Shown: in pieces, positions 33,180 through 45,751 of the stretch
Layout of the letters: the number at the start of each line of letters is the position of its first letter
Position numbering within the stretch: position 1 is the stretch's first letter
Assembly: GCF_051105105.1 (NCBI RefSeq)
Contig: NZ_CP185339.1
Source: Nannocystis pusilla
Lineage (GTDB): Bacteria > Myxococcota_A > Polyangia > Nannocystales > Nannocystaceae
Length of the DNA: 64,000 bases
Strand: one strand, 5' to 3'
Position numbers and translations under genes: made by a program
The notes under the pieces: generated by a model
What the model was told of the DNA's origin: nothing
What the model saw: the letters and a program-made list of their open reading frames with translations, nothing else
Database searches by the model: none

Positions 33180-35254
33180 ATGAGCAAACCGGAAGACCAA
33201 GCACAAGCAGACCCCCTGCTGGGGACGACTTTCGCTCGGCGCTACTTGATCGAGCGCCGGCTCGGACGCGGGGGGATGGGCGTCGTGTACCAGGCGACGC
33301 AGATCGACTTGAATCGCCCGGTGGTCCTCAAGGTGCTGGCGCCCGATTGGGTCGGCGACTCCGAGGCCCTGGCCCGGTTTGAACGCGAGGCCCGCGGGCT
33401 TTCCAGCCTGCAGCACCCAAACATCGTGACCATCCACGACTTCGGCAAGGTCGACGGCCGGGCGTTCATCGTCATGGAGTACGTCCAGGGCGAGACGCTC
33501 GACCGCTTCGTCCGCCGCCGCGGCCACCTCACGCTGGCCGACTTCGTGCCGATCGCGGCGCAGGTGCTCAAGGGCCTCGGCGAGGCCCATTCGCGTGGGA
33601 TCATCCACCGCGACATCAAGCCCGCCAACATCATGCTGTGCGAGCGGCAGGGGCGGGCCAACTACGTCAAGATCCTCGATTTCGGGCTCGCCAAGCTGGT
33701 CTCCGGCTCGTCCGACATCACCAAGCAGAACGTCCTCGGCACGCCCACCTGCCTGTCTCCCGAGCAGATCCTGGGCGAGAAGATCGACCAGCGCGTCGAT
33801 GTTTACGCGGTCGGCATCCTGTTCTACTTCATGCTGACCGGGGTGATGCCGTTCCAGGCCGACAACGACGCGTCGGTCCTGTACAAGCACGTCCACGAGA
33901 AGCCGCAGCCGATCCAGGAGCTGCTGCCGGCCGACAGCGGGGCCCCGGAGGGGGTGCTGGAGCTCATCAGCCGGTGCCTCGAGAAGAGCCGGGAGCGGCG
34001 CCCACGCGACGCCAACGAGGTCGTCGAGGGGCTCATCGATCAGGTGCCGTTCTCGATGTTCCGCTTGCCGCGGGCGCAGCCGCGGACCGAGCCGCTCGAG
34101 CCGGAGGAGCCGCAGAGCACCACCGAGCACAGCAAGCCGATCCCGTCGCCGGAGAATATCGTGGTCGGCACGTTCGGCCGGCCGCGGTCGGCACCGGCCG
34201 TTGCCGCCGCGCCGCTTGCGCAGGGGATGCCGGGCGCGCCGGGCGGGTCGCAGACGATGCCGTCGTCGGTGATGCCCATCACGGCTCAGTTCCCGCAGGC
34301 GACGCTCGACCAGCTCAAGGCGCAGGGCATCCCGCTGGAGGGCGGGAGCCTGGTGCAGAGCCAGGACGGGCGCACGCTCCTGGTGGTCGGCCCGCAGGCC
34401 CAGGAGGCCGCGGCCCGGCAACGCACGCTGAACCTGGTGTACGGCGGGGTCGCGGCGCTCACGGTGATCGCGCTGCTGTTCTACGCGCTGAGCGGCAGCG
34501 GTCCGGCCGAGGCGGAGACCGAGCGGCCCGAGGTGGCGACCCGCGAGGAGGGCGGGCGCGAGCAGCTCGAGGGCAACCTCGACAAGATCGCGCAGCTCAT
34601 CGACGAGGGCAAGCTGCCGCAGGCGGAGCGCAAGCTCGAGAGCGCCGAAGAGGAGTTCGCCCGCGACCCGGAGCTGTCCGACCGCGCCGACGAGCTGCGG
34701 TCCCGCCTCGAGGTCATGAAGGCGCTGGCCAGCGCGCGCAAGCACGAGCGCGACGGCGACCGCATCAGCGCGGTCAAGGGCTACCGCGACGTGCTGGCGC
34801 TCGACGCCGGCAACGAGGAGGCCAAGCAGCGCATCAAGGGGCTTTACCCCAATCTCAACCCGGACATGGGGTTTGCGATCATCACGATCCGCTCGGCCCC
34901 GGTGACCGCGGAGGTCACGCTGGACGGCGGACCGCTCGGCTCGACCCCGATCGACGTGCCGCTGCACGCCGGCAAATACAACATCTCGCTGACCGCGCCG
35001 GGCTACGGGCCCATGCAGACCGCGCTGAGCGTCAGCGCGGCCAAGGATCAGCCCTACGACTATCTGCTGACCCGGACGGGGGCGCCGGCGAACCCGCAGC
35101 CGCCGGTCGAGCAGCCGAAGACGCCGACGGGCGGGGGCACCAAGCGGCCGACCGGCGGCGGGACCAAAAACCGCCCGACGGGCAGGTCAAGCCGAAGCCC
35201 AACCCCGCGCCGGAAGACGATTTGTTGCCGGTCGGTCCGAGCAAAAAGCGTTAG
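33180..35254 (+). pseudogene. Ser/Thr protein kinase with TM segment and C-terminal PEGA domain, frameshifted near 35165 in an A homopolymer
   Basis: HRDIKPAN and DFG kinase motifs. The true C-terminus KPPDGQVKPKPNPAPEDDLLPVGPSKKR reads in the other frame. Confidence 0.7.
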
Positions 35255-35311
35255 TCTCTAGCTCTCGGTTCGTGCGGGTCGCGCGTGACGACCCCGCCCT
35301 GAAGGCCCCCC

Positions 35312-36175
35312 ATGAAGAAGCCGATCGTCACTCTCGTGGCCGCTGCGTTTATCGCCTCGAGCATGCCCGCCCGCTCGGCGGCGGCCGCGGTGTACGTCCC
35401 GATCGCCGTGCGCGCGGCGCTGGCCCAGCCGCCGCCCACCGACGCGAACGGCGAGACCTTCGAGAGCCTGGCCGAGCAGGCGCGCGCCAAGTACCGCGAG
35501 AAGGACTACGCGGGCGCGGTGGCGCTGTTCGAGCGGGCCTACGCGCTGCAGCCCGACCCGGCGATCTTGTTCAACATCGGCCGCATCCAAGAGCAGGCCA
35601 ACAACGTCGACGCGGCGATCGCCTACTACCAGAAGTTCATCGCCGACGAGTCGGTCGACATCGGCCTGCGCGACACGGCGCTGCAGCGGCTCGCCACGCT
35701 CGAGAAGATCGTCGAGATCCGCGAGAAGGAAGAGGCCAAGTCGAAGCCGAAGCAGCCCGAGCCGAGCAAGCAGCCGGAGGCGGGCCAGCAGGTCGGTCCG
35801 CAGCCGGGGCCGCAGCCGCCGCCCTCCGACGACAAGTCGCAGAACAAGGCCAAGATCATGAAGCCGATCGGCTACACGATGCTCGGCGTCGGTGCGGCGC
35901 TGCTGATCGGCGGCGGGATCACGGGCGGGCTGGCCAAGGGTCAGGAGAACAAGTTCGAGGCCGCGGAGACGCTCGACGACCAGCGCGAGGCCGGTCGGTC
36001 GGGCAAGTCGCTGGCGGCGACCGCCGACGGGCTGTTCGTCGCCGGCGGCGTGCTCGCCGTGGTCGGCCTGGTGCTGATGTTCGTGCCGAAGGCCCGCAAG
36101 TCCAAGGCCGTGCAGGCGATGCAGCCCAAGGTCTCGCCGAGCCAGCTCGGCCTCGGTTACGTCTATCGCTTCTGA
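35312..36175 (+). CDS. secreted TPR-like protein with C-terminal transmembrane anchor
   Basis: Signal peptide, TPR-like helices and a C-terminal hydrophobic segment. Confidence 0.5.
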   Translation: MKKPIVTLVAAAFIASSMPARSAAAAVYVPIAVRAALAQPPPTDANGETFESLAEQARAKYREKDYAGAVALFERAYALQPDPAILFNIGRIQEQANNVDAAIAYYQKFIADESVDIGLRDTALQRLATLEKIVEIREKEEAKSKPKQPEPSKQPEAGQQVGPQPGPQPPPSDDKSQNKAKIMKPIGYTMLGVGAALLIGGGITGGLAKGQENKFEAAETLDDQREAGRSGKSLAATADGLFVAGGVLAVVGLVLMFVPKARKSKAVQAMQPKVSPSQLGLGYVYRF

Positions 36176-36200
36176 GCCGCGAACGCTGGAGCTTTGCGAC

Positions 36201-37771
36201 CATGTCGTCAGTCTTCTCGCATCTGCTTGTCCGGTTCTCTGTGTGCGGCGCTCTCGGGGTGATCGCGGGCGCGTGCTCGGCGACCCTCGACTTCACCGAG
36301 TGCTACGAGGACGCCGACTGTTCGGCGTTCTTCGACGACAACAAGCCGATGTACTGCGCGGCCAACGTCTGCAAGATCCGCGAGAAGGGCTGTGACGCCA
36401 ACTCGCAGTGCGCGGGCCTCGGCGAGTCGTACATCTGCGCGACCTCGAGTGCGCCGCGCGAGTGCGCCTCGACCGAGTCCGACGAGTGCGGCGCGCCCAT
36501 CTACCCCGGCGGCGAAGTCAGCGACAACGTCGCGTTCATCGGCGTGATGCTGCCGAAGACCGGCGCCGACGCCGACCTCGGGCTCGAGATGGAGAAGGGC
36601 GTGCTGGCGGCCGTCGAGGAGTTCAACGCCAGCGGCGAGCTGCCGAACGGCGACAAGATCGCGCTGGTGGTGTGCGACACCAAGAGCGAGGTCGCGTCGG
36701 CAACGTCGGCCGCGCGCCACCTCGGCGACACGCTGACGATCCCGGTGCTCATCGGCCCGGCCGACGACGTCGAGTTCACGGCGGTGGTCGACCAGGTGAC
36801 GTTCGCCCAGGGCGTCAACGCGTTCACGATGGGGCCGATGATCACGGCCGACATGAGCGAGCTCGACACCTCGACCGGCAGCGGCTTGGTGTTCCAGGCG
36901 ATGGCCGGCGCGAAGTTCCAGGGCCCCGCCCTGGGCGAGCGGATCGGGGCCGACTTCGCCGGCGACCCGACGGCCAACGCGATCCTGCTGCTGTCGGAGG
37001 ACGCGTACGGGCTCAGCCTTTACAACGCGGTGGCGACCGAGGAGACGAGCGGGCCGAGCCAGAATCCCGCAGGTCCCGGGCAGCCAGTTCATCGCCTCGT
37101 ACCGCGGGCTCGACGACGCGACCAAGGGCGCCAAGGCGAAGCTCGACACGGCGCTCAAGACCTTCGCCGAGCCGCCGATGCTGATCTTGCTCGGGCGGTC
37201 CGAGGTCGCCGAGATCATCAAGCACTACAAGACCACCGGCGCTCCGCTGCCGCAGAAGATCTACGTGACCCGGCGGGCGATGCCGGCGGTCGCGGCGCTC
37301 GAAGACCCCGACCTCGCGGGCATCGTCGTCGCCGTCACGCCCGACCTCGAGACGCCGCAGCTGGCCAAGCTGCGCACGCGCCTCGGCGAGGCGAACCTCG
37401 CGCCCGAGGGCGCGCTCGCCTACGACGCGACGATGGCGTCGCTGTTCGGCATGGCCGCCGTGAAGTCGGGCGACATCGTGGTCGGCCTGCGCGTCGCCGA
37501 CGCGTTCAAGAAGCTGTCCGACAAGGCCGGCACGCCGGTCGACTTCGGCGTCGGCCCCAAGATGTTCGTGCCCGCCGCGCTCACCGCCTTCCAGTCGAGC
37601 AAGACCGTCGACCTCGTCGGCATCACCGGCTCGCTCGACTTCGACGCCAGCGGCGAGGTGTGCAGCCCGATCGCCGCCTACACGCTCGACGACAAGGGCG
37701 GGTGGACGAAGACCGCCGTGTATACGCCCGCCTGTCCGAGCGCCACCGGCGCCTGGGCGCCCGCGCCCTGA
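36201..37771 (+). pseudogene. ABC-type branched-chain amino acid binding protein (Leu/Ile/Val-binding family) lipoprotein with Cys-rich N-terminal extension, frameshifted near 37063 (GAATC)
   Basis: Periplasmic-binding-protein type-I blocks. Removing A from cagaatccc joins ...ETSGPSQIPQVPGSQFIASYRGL. Confidence 0.6.
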
Positions 37772-37796
37772 GCCGCGTCCGCGCGCGCGAGGCGTG

Positions 37797-37820
37797 ACCG
37801 CCAGGACATGTCCTGGCGGT
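37797..37820. repeat. 24-bp perfect palindrome ACCGCCAGGACATGTCCTGGCGGT (GGACATGTCC family)
   Basis: Seen directly in the sequence; three more family members lie at 37990-38045. Confidence 0.4.
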
Positions 37821-38055
37821 CATGCTGCTTTCGGGGCCCGACCTGGCGCGAGCGGCGGAGTCTCAGCGCACCGAGCGGCGAGCGCTTGAGAGGCGGGGCC
37901 GCCAGGCTGTCCGTGCTGCCTTCGGGGAGCGCGCCGTAGCCCGGCTCTCGTATGAAGCCGAGGCGAGCGCTGCAGCGGCGAGGCAACAGGGCCGTTCGGA
38001 CATGTCCGAACAGCCCTGCTTGAGAAAACATGTCCGTCCGGACATGCCGCGAAGT

Positions 38056-39864
38056 TCAGACGAACAGCGCGGGGTCGAGGGCGCTCTCGTCGTTCGACTG
38101 GATGCTCTTGCCGAGGGCGATCGCCTGCGGGAGGATCGCGGCGACGAAGAACTCGAGGTTGCGCTGCTTGCCGATCAACAGCGGCTCGTCGCCGCGGGTC
38201 TGGCGGAGGCGGGCGGCGACGATCGCCTGCTCGACGCACTCGATGGCGAGCAGGACCAGGCCGAACATGCGCGTGAAGGGGACGGCCTGGATCATCGCCG
38301 CCTCGACCTTGCGCGCCTTGCCGAGGCCCGCGAGGTGCATCGCGCTGGCGGCGAGCAGCTGCACGGCCTTGCCGATCGCCTCGGCGGGGCCGCCGAGCCC
38401 GGCCTCCGCGGCCGCGGCGAGCCGGCTCTGGGCCTCCTGCATCCACTCGATGAACAGCGCGCCGCCGCCGATCCGCAGCTTGCGGCCGACCAGGTCCATG
38501 GCCTGGATCCCGTTGGTGCCCTCGTAGATCGAGCAGATCTTGACGTCGCGGACGAGCTGCTCGACGGGGTACTCGCCGATGTAGCCGTAGCCGCCGTAGA
38601 CCTGGACCGCGCCGACGGCGACCTCGAAGCCGAGGTCGGTGCAGGTGGCCTTGAGGATCGGCGTGAGCAGGTCGACGCGGCCGCGCAGGCGCTCGCGCTC
38701 GGCCGGGTCCTCGGTGGCGTGCTCGCGGTCGACGACCAGCGCCATGCGCAGCAGCAGCGACCGCATCGCCTCGGCGTAGACCTTCTGCGTCATCAGCATG
38801 CGACGGACGTCGGGGTGCTGGACGATCGCCACGCTCGGCGCGTCCTGGCTGCGGGCCTCGCGGATCGACTGGCCCTGGATCCGCTCCTGCGCGTAGCCGC
38901 GGGCGTAGTTGTAGGCCGCGGCCGCCATCGCGTGGCCCTGCACGGCGACGCCAATCCGCGCCTCGTTCATCATCAGGAACATCAGCTCGATGCCCTGGTT
39001 CTCCTGGCCGATGAGGACGCCGCGACACGGGAGGTCGCCGCCGAGGCCGAGGACGCAGGTCGAGGAGCCGTGGATGCCCATCTTCTCCTCGATGCGCAGC
39101 ACCTTGGCGCCGTTGCGGGCCCCGAGCGCGCCGCCGGCGTCGAACTCGTACTTCGGGACCATGAACAGCGACAGGCCCTTGGTGCCCTTGCCGGCGTTCG
39201 GGGTGCGGGCGAGCACCAGGTGGACGATGTTGTCGGTCAGGTCCTGGTCGCCGCCGCTGATGAAGATCTTCTCGCCCTCGAGCAGATAAACGCCGGGCTC
39301 ATCCGTGGGGGTGGCGCGGCAGCGGTTGTCGCCGACCGAGCTGCCGGCCCCGGCCTCGGTGAGGCACATCGTCCCGCCCCACTCGCCGGTGAACATCTTG
39401 CGGGCGATCATCTCCCGCGTGCCCTCCGGGCCGTGGCCGAGGATCACGCGCGCGGCGCCGACGGTCAGGCCGGCGTACATCATGAACGCCATGCAGGCGC
39501 CGCACAGCATCTCGCTCAGGCTGACGTGGATCGTGAAGGGCAGGCCGCTGCCGCCGAGCTCGCTCGGCGCCGAGGGCGCGAGCCAGCCGCCCTCGCGCAG
39601 GACCTCCCATGCCTCGCGATAACCCTTCGGGGTCGTGACGTTGCCCTGCCCGTCGAAGCTGCAGCCCGCGAGATCGCCGGGCGCATTGATCGGGGCCAGG
39701 ACCTCCCGCGCCAGGCGCTCGCCCTCCGCGAGCGTGGCCTCGTAGACCTCGCGGTCGAGCTCGGCGAAGCGCGGGATCGCGGCGAGCTGCTCGTGCGCGG
39801 CGAGCTGGTCGAAGAGGACGAAGTGGAGATCGCGGAGGTCGACGGAGAAGCTGGTGGTGCTCAC
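38056..39864 (-). CDS. acyl-CoA dehydrogenase (long form with C-terminal extension)
   Basis: Acyl-CoA dehydrogenase N-terminal, middle and C-terminal domain motifs. Probable GTG start at 39864 with an AGGA RBS upstream. Confidence 0.7.
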   Translation of the reverse strand: MSTTSFSVDLRDLHFVLFDQLAAHEQLAAIPRFAELDREVYEATLAEGERLAREVLAPINAPGDLAGCSFDGQGNVTTPKGYREAWEVLREGGWLAPSAPSELGGSGLPFTIHVSLSEMLCGACMAFMMYAGLTVGAARVILGHGPEGTREMIARKMFTGEWGGTMCLTEAGAGSSVGDNRCRATPTDEPGVYLLEGEKIFISGGDQDLTDNIVHLVLARTPNAGKGTKGLSLFMVPKYEFDAGGALGARNGAKVLRIEEKMGIHGSSTCVLGLGGDLPCRGVLIGQENQGIELMFLMMNEARIGVAVQGHAMAAAAYNYARGYAQERIQGQSIREARSQDAPSVAIVQHPDVRRMLMTQKVYAEAMRSLLLRMALVVDREHATEDPAERERLRGRVDLLTPILKATCTDLGFEVAVGAVQVYGGYGYIGEYPVEQLVRDVKICSIYEGTNGIQAMDLVGRKLRIGGGALFIEWMQEAQSRLAAAAEAGLGGPAEAIGKAVQLLAASAMHLAGLGKARKVEAAMIQAVPFTRMFGLVLLAIECVEQAIVAARLRQTRGDEPLLIGKQRNLEFFVAAILPQAIALGKSIQSNDESALDPALFV

Positions 39865-40018
39865 GATTCCTCGCTTTGAGCCGCGGCGCGCAGGCGCCGT
39901 CGCACTGTGGTACTTCCTCGAACCGAGGGCGTCCAGGCCACAGGCACGGGCTCGCGCCGAAGTCCGGGGGATCGCGCCCCCAGCGGGCGTCATCGTCGCT
40001 TCTGCGCTGTTCGTGAGG

Positions 40019-40670
40019 ATGCAATCGTCGGCGACGCGCCCCCGCGAGCGAAGAGGCGGCCCACACTTGGCCCGCGTGGCGCAGGTGCTCCTGTTCAACA
40101 AGCCCTACGGGGTGCTGACGCAATTCACCGACCGGGAGGGCCGGCCGACGCTGGCGAACTTCATCGAACGTCCCCGGCGTGTACGCCGCCGGTCGCCTCG
40201 ACTTCGACAGCGAGGGCCTGGTGGTGCTGACCGACGATGGGGCCCTGCAGCACCAGCTCAGCGATCCGCGCCACAAGCTGGCGAAGACGTATTGGGTGCA
40301 AGTCGAGGGGACGGCCCAGGAAGCGGCGCTGGAGCGCCTGCGGGCCGGTTTGGTCCTCCGTGACGGCCCGACCGCCCCCGCCGAGGTGAGGCTCATCGAC
40401 CCGCCGTCGCTGTGGGAGCGAACGCCGCCGATTCGCACGCGCCTGTCGATCCCGACCTGCTGGTTGGAGCTCGTCCTGCGCGAGGGCCGAAACCGCCAGG
40501 TGCGGCGCATGACCGCGGCGGTCGGGTTGCCGACGCTGCGTCTGGTCCGCTGGGCGATCGGACCCTGGACCCTCGAGGGCCTCGCGCCCGGGCAATGGCG
40601 GGCGCTGACGGCCGACGAAGCGCGGCCCCGGGGTCAGCGCCAGCTTTTCCGCCCGCGGCGGCCGTGCTAG
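40019..40670 (+). pseudogene. RluE/RsuA-family pseudouridine synthase, frameshifted near 40168 (GAACGTC)
   Basis: N-terminal [13 protein letters not shown], then after the shift [25 protein letters not shown] (catalytic Asp region). Confidence 0.6.
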
Positions 40671-40685
40671 CGTCCAACGAGCGCG

Positions 40686-42747
40686 ATGGCGACGAACGAA
40701 GGGAGCCGCGACTCCGGCCAGGCTGGCGAGGATCGATCGGGGCCGCGGTTGACCGCGGTCATCGTGGATCCTCCGGACTCGCTCCCGCCGACGCCCGTCA
40801 TCTCGAACGAGGCGGGCGGCGACGACGACCTCGCAGAGGAGTATGAGGCAGCGCTCGAGGGCCAGGTCTCGGCGGCCCACTTCTCGAATCGAGCTCGGAC
40901 GGGCGTCCGGCGAGGTCGAGCTCGACGGGCAGCCGACCAGCGTGGACGGCGAGCCCCAGGCCGAGGACGAGGACACCGTCGAGCGCAGCGCCGCCAAGAG
41001 CTTGAAGGCCAAGGCGACGGCGGCCAAGCGCGACGCGCTGTTCGGCCAGGTGCTGGCCGACCGCTACCGGATCCTCGACCTCATCGGCAAGGGCGGGATG
41101 GGCAAGGTCTACCTCGCCGAGCACGTGGCGCTCGGCAAGAAGGTGGCCGTGAAGGTCCTGAACCCGGCCTACACCAACCGCCCCGACCAGGTGAAGCGGT
41201 TCCTCCGCGAGGCCCGGGCGGCGTCGACGATCGGCCACGAGAACGTCATCGACATCACCGACTTCGGGGCGATGCCCAACGGCCAGGTGTTCTTCGCCAT
41301 GGAGCACCTGCAGGGCGAGGACCTCGGCAAGATCCTCAAGAAGGGGCCGATGTCGTGGGCGCGGGCCCGCCGGGTGCTGCTGCAGATCTGCCGCGCGCTG
41401 CAGGCCGCCCACGCGCACGGGATCATCCACCGGGACATGAAGCCGGAGAACGTCTTCCTGATCCAGCGCAACGGCATCCGCGACTTCGTCAAGGTGCTCG
41501 ACTTCGGGATCGCCAAGTTCCTCGAGGAGAACCGCGACGGCGGCACGAACCCGCTGACGCAGGTCGGCGCGCTGATCGGCACGCCCGAATACATGGCGCC
41601 GGAGCAGATCCACGGCGACCCGGCCGACCAGCGCATGGACATCTACGCGGTCGGCTGCATCCTCTATCAGCTGCTCACCGGCAACCTCCCGTTCACCGAC
41701 AAGACGATGTACGGGGTGCTGTCGCAGCAGGTGAACGCCAAGCCGGTGCCGCCGCGGCAGCTGGCGCCCGAGGCCGACATCCCGGTCGAGGTCGAGGCGG
41801 TCATCCTGAAGGCGATGGAGAAGGACAAGACGCAGCGTTACCAGACGATGGGCGAGCTGATCGAAGCCATCGTCGCGACGCCGCGCGGGGCCGCCGGGGA
41901 CGCCGGGCGGACCACGACCAACCTCGAGGCGGCGGCCCACGCGGCGCGCCTGGCCGTCGGGGTCAGCATGCCGGCGGGCGTGGCCGTGCCCAACCCGGTG
42001 ACGCCGGACGATTCGTTGCTGACGCAAGGACTCAACAGCAGCGCGTCCGGGCTGCGGCCGACGTCGTTGTCGCTGCCGTGGCGCGGCGGGACGATGGACG
42101 CGCAGATGCTGTCGCGCCTGGTCATCGGCCTCGGCGCGGCGGTGCTGGTGCTGGTGGTCGGCCTGGTGTGCGCGCTCAGCCGCGGCGACGATCCGAAGCC
42201 GCAGCCGGTCGACAAGCCGAGCGAGGTCGCGGCCGTCACGGCGGGCACGCCCGAGGCGCCGAAGCCGGTCGAGGCGCCGCCGGAGACGAAGACCGAGGCG
42301 CCGCCGGAGACGAAGGTCGAGCCGACGCTGGAGCCCAAGAAGGCCGACGACGCGCCGATCGTGGTCGACGACGAGGCGAAGAAGGACCCGGGCAAGAAGG
42401 CCACCGAGCCCAAGAAGACGACCACGGTCAAGAAGAGCGAGCCGGCCGCGCCGAAGGGCGAGGAAGTGTCGGCCAACTGGCCCGAGGTGCTGGGGCCGAT
42501 GGAGCGCTCGCAGGCGCTGAAGAGCTACCGCGCCGAGTTCGAGACGTGCCGGACGATCAGCACGCCGAAGGGCAAGACCTACAAGCTGCGGCTCAAGGTC
42601 GACGGGCCCAAGGGGCGCGTGACCGAGGCAACGTCCGACGACACGAGCGCCGAGGCCAAGTGCCTGGCGCGGGCCTTCAAGACCAAGGTCCGGTTCGTCA
42701 ACACCCGCAAGACGCCGCAAGAGTTCACGATCGTCGTGCCGCTCTGA
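40686..42747 (+). pseudogene. Ser/Thr protein kinase with TM segment and Lys/Pro/Glu-rich C-terminal region, frameshifted near 40888 (GAATC)
   Basis: HRDMKPEN and DFG kinase motifs. Removing A from ttctcgaatcgag restores AHFSIELGRASGEVELDG. Confidence 0.7.
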
Positions 42748-44054
42748 TGCGCGTCGCGTTCAGCACGCTCGGCTGTCGCCTCAACCAGTTCGAGTCCGAC
42801 GCCCTCGAGCAGATGGCCCGCGCGGCCGGCCACACCGTGGTCGACGCCGAGGCCGCGCCCGAGGTCGTGATCGTCAACACCTGCACGATCACCCACGAGG
42901 CCGACGCCGACGCGCGCCAGCACGTGCGCCGGGCCGCGCGCGCCGGGGCCAAGGTGGTCGTCACCGGCTGCTGGGCGACGGCCGCCCCCGCGGAGGCGGC
43001 GGCGCTGCCCGGGGTGACGCTGGTGGTCGGCAACCGCGAGAAGGAGCGGCTGTTCGAGGTGCTCGGAGAGACATGTTCGGATGAACATGTCCCGGAGATC
43101 CACGTGGCCCCGGTCGACCTGCTGCGGCGCGTCCGTGCGGCCCGGTTGCGCCCGGCCGCCGACCCGCGACGCAGCCGGGCGTACCTGAAGATCCAGGACG
43201 GCTGCGACTACCGCTGCAGCTTCTGCATCGTGCCGCAGGTGCGCGGGCGCAGCGTGAGCGTGCCGCCGGCGGAGGTGCGGGCGCAGCTGGACGAGCTGGT
43301 CGCGGCGGGGGTGCCGGAGGTGGTGCTCACCGGGGTGCATCTCGGGATCTACGGCCGCGACCTGCGGCCGCGCAGCACGCTGTCGTCGCTGGTCGCGGAG
43401 CTGCTGCCGCAGCTGGGGCCGGCGCGGCTGCGCCTCGGCTCGGTCGATCCGCACGAGGTCGACGACGACCTGGTGACGCTGCTGGCGACGGATCCGCGGC
43501 TGTGTCCGTACCTCCACTTGCCGGTCCAGAGCGGCGACGACGACACGCTGCGGCGCATGCGGCGGGCGCACACGGCCGCCGACTTGCAGGCGCTGGTGCC
43601 CCGGCTGGCCGCGGCGGTGCCGGGGATCGGCGTCGGCACCGACGTGATCGTCGGCTTCCCCGGCGAGTCGGACGAGGCGTTCGCGGCCACGCACGCGCTG
43701 CTGGCCGCGCTGCCGCTGGCGTACCTGCACGTGTTCGCCTACTCGCCGCGCGCGGGCACCGATGCCGCCTGTCTCTCGGGGCAGGTCGACGCGGCGGTCA
43801 AGCAGCAGCGCGGGGCGGCGTTGCGGGCGCTGTCGGCGGCCAAGCAGCGGGCGTTCGCGGCGGCGCAGATCGGGCGTACGTTGCCGGTGGTGGTGCACCG
43901 GACGCGACATCGGCGGACGGGGCTGCTGGTCGGTCGGGCCGGCAACGGCTTGACGGTGCTGGCGACCGGCGACGACGCGCTGCTCGGCCGGGCGACCCAG
44001 ATCGAGGTCGAGCGCGCCGAGGGGCCGCTCGCGGTCGGTCGACTGGTCGCGTGA
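42746..44054 (+). CDS. MiaB-like tRNA methylthiotransferase (MtaB/RimO-type radical SAM with TRAM domain)
   Basis: UPF0004 N-terminal domain, CDYRCSFC radical SAM motif and a C-terminal TRAM-like region. The ATG overlaps the kinase stop. Confidence 0.7.
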
Positions 44055-44091
44055 GCGGGCGCGAAGGCATGAGGGCTCGTCACTTCGCGGG

Positions 44092-44877
44092 TCAGCCCCA
44101 GAACCAGGCTTCGGCCTCGGACCAGAGCTCGCGCGGCGGGCGGTAGTCGTAGTGGACCGGCGCGTGGACGGCGTCGACGCGGCGGGCCAGCTCGCGCAGC
44201 GCGACCGCGTCGGGGACGGCGGCGAGCTCGGCGATCGTCGGCTCGGTCGGGATGTCGCAGTCTTCGGGGGCGACGATCGCTTTGCCGGTGAACGGGTTCG
44301 TGGCCACCACCTCGCCCTGGCGCACGTGCCGGGTCTTCGGGAACAGCATCCGCGGGCCGAAGTTGATCCACATGGCGATCAGGTCGCGGTCGGCGATCTT
44401 CTCGGCCGCCCGCGTCACCTGCAGCGCGACGTTGCCGAGGGGCAGCGGCCGCGGCGGCTCGGCGTCGGCGCCTCGCAGCACCCCGGCGGCGACGAGCTCG
44501 TGCCACAGCGGCGTGCCGGCGTCGCAGTACAGGGCGCCCTCCAGGAGGTAACCGTTCTCGTGACCGACGGTGGGCCGGTCCTCGGGCGGCTCGCGGCCGA
44601 GGACCTCCGAGTCCACGAAGCGCCACTCCTTCGGCGGCGCCCCCTTGAAGGCGCGGTTGTTGGCCGCGAACTGCGGGTGCGCGGTGATCGGCAGGCGGTA
44701 GGTGAAGCGCCGCGCGATCAGGATGTCGAGCACCCGCCCGTGGGTGAAGCCGCAGTCGAAGCCGGCCTGGAAGGCGAAGAGCGCGAAGAACAGGTCGCGG
44801 TGGTCGTCGCCGCGGTGGTGCTCGTGGAGCGCGCGCACCGAGTCGGCGACGGTGTCCTCGATCTCGTGCTGCGACAT
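44092..44877 (-). CDS. hypothetical protein with HEHH metal-binding-like motif
   Basis: Protein-like composition; no family confidently recognised. Confidence 0.45.
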   Translation of the reverse strand: MSQHEIEDTVADSVRALHEHHRGDDHRDLFFALFAFQAGFDCGFTHGRVLDILIARRFTYRLPITAHPQFAANNRAFKGAPPKEWRFVDSEVLGREPPEDRPTVGHENGYLLEGALYCDAGTPLWHELVAAGVLRGADAEPPRPLPLGNVALQVTRAAEKIADRDLIAMWINFGPRMLFPKTRHVRQGEVVATNPFTGKAIVAPEDCDIPTEPTIAELAAVPDAVALRELARRVDAVHAPVHYDYRPPRELWSEAEAWFWG

Positions 44878-44944
44878 GCGAGCTCAGCCGGACGGACGTC
44901 GGCACCGAGCTGGCCGCGAGGACATGTCCTGGCGGCCAGTCGGC

Positions 44945-45751
44945 TCAGAGCTTCAGCTTCATGCCGTCGCGGGCGGCGACGGTGCCGGGGAAGGCTTCCT
45001 GGGCGGCCGCCTCGATCTTGCGCAGCATCTCGTCGTCGTGGGCCGGGTCGTGGCTGTAGAGGACGAGCTTGCCGACGTGGGCGGCGCGGGCCAGCTTGAC
45101 GGCCTCGGCGAAGGTGCTGTGACCCCAGCCCTGCTTGCCGGCGCTGTACTCCTCGGAGGTGTACTGGGCGTCGTAGATCAGGACATCTGCCCCTTCGGCC
45201 AGGTCCCGCAGGGTCTCGTTGATGTGGTCGGGCGCGTGCTCGGTGTCGGTGGCGAACACGACCGACTTGCCGCGCTCGTCGACGCGGAACGCGGTGCTCT
45301 CCTGCGGGTGCGGCAGCGGGATGTGCCGCAGCGTCGCCTCGGCGATGGCCGTGACCTCCTGCGGCAGCAGGTGATGGAAGAGCTTGGTGGAGCCCATCAC
45401 GTCGAGGCCGACCGGGAAGAACGGCGTCGACATCTGCCGGTCGAGGACCGCTCGCGCGTCCTTCGTGCAGTAGATGTGGAGCCGGAAGTCCGGCATGAAG
45501 GCCGGCGGGAAGAACGGGAAGCCCTGGATGTGATCCCAGTGAGCGTGGGTCAGAAACAGGTGAATGACCCGCGAGTGCGCGGCCCTCGTCTGCACGAGGC
45601 GGATGCCGAGCTCACGGATGCCCGAGCCCGAGTCGAGGATGACGGTGTCCGTCGTACTCTTCGAGCGAAATCTGAAGGCAGGGCGTGTTGCCGCCGAACT
45701 CTGCGTACCGCGGCCCGGAAACTGGAATGCTGCCCCGGGTGCCCCAGAAAG
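44945..45751 (-). pseudogene. MBL-fold metallo-hydrolase, frameshifted near 45660
   Basis: HAHWDH motif in the track ORF. The N-terminus MEVTFWGTRGSIPVSGPRYAEFGGNTPC lies in another frame. Confidence 0.6.
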
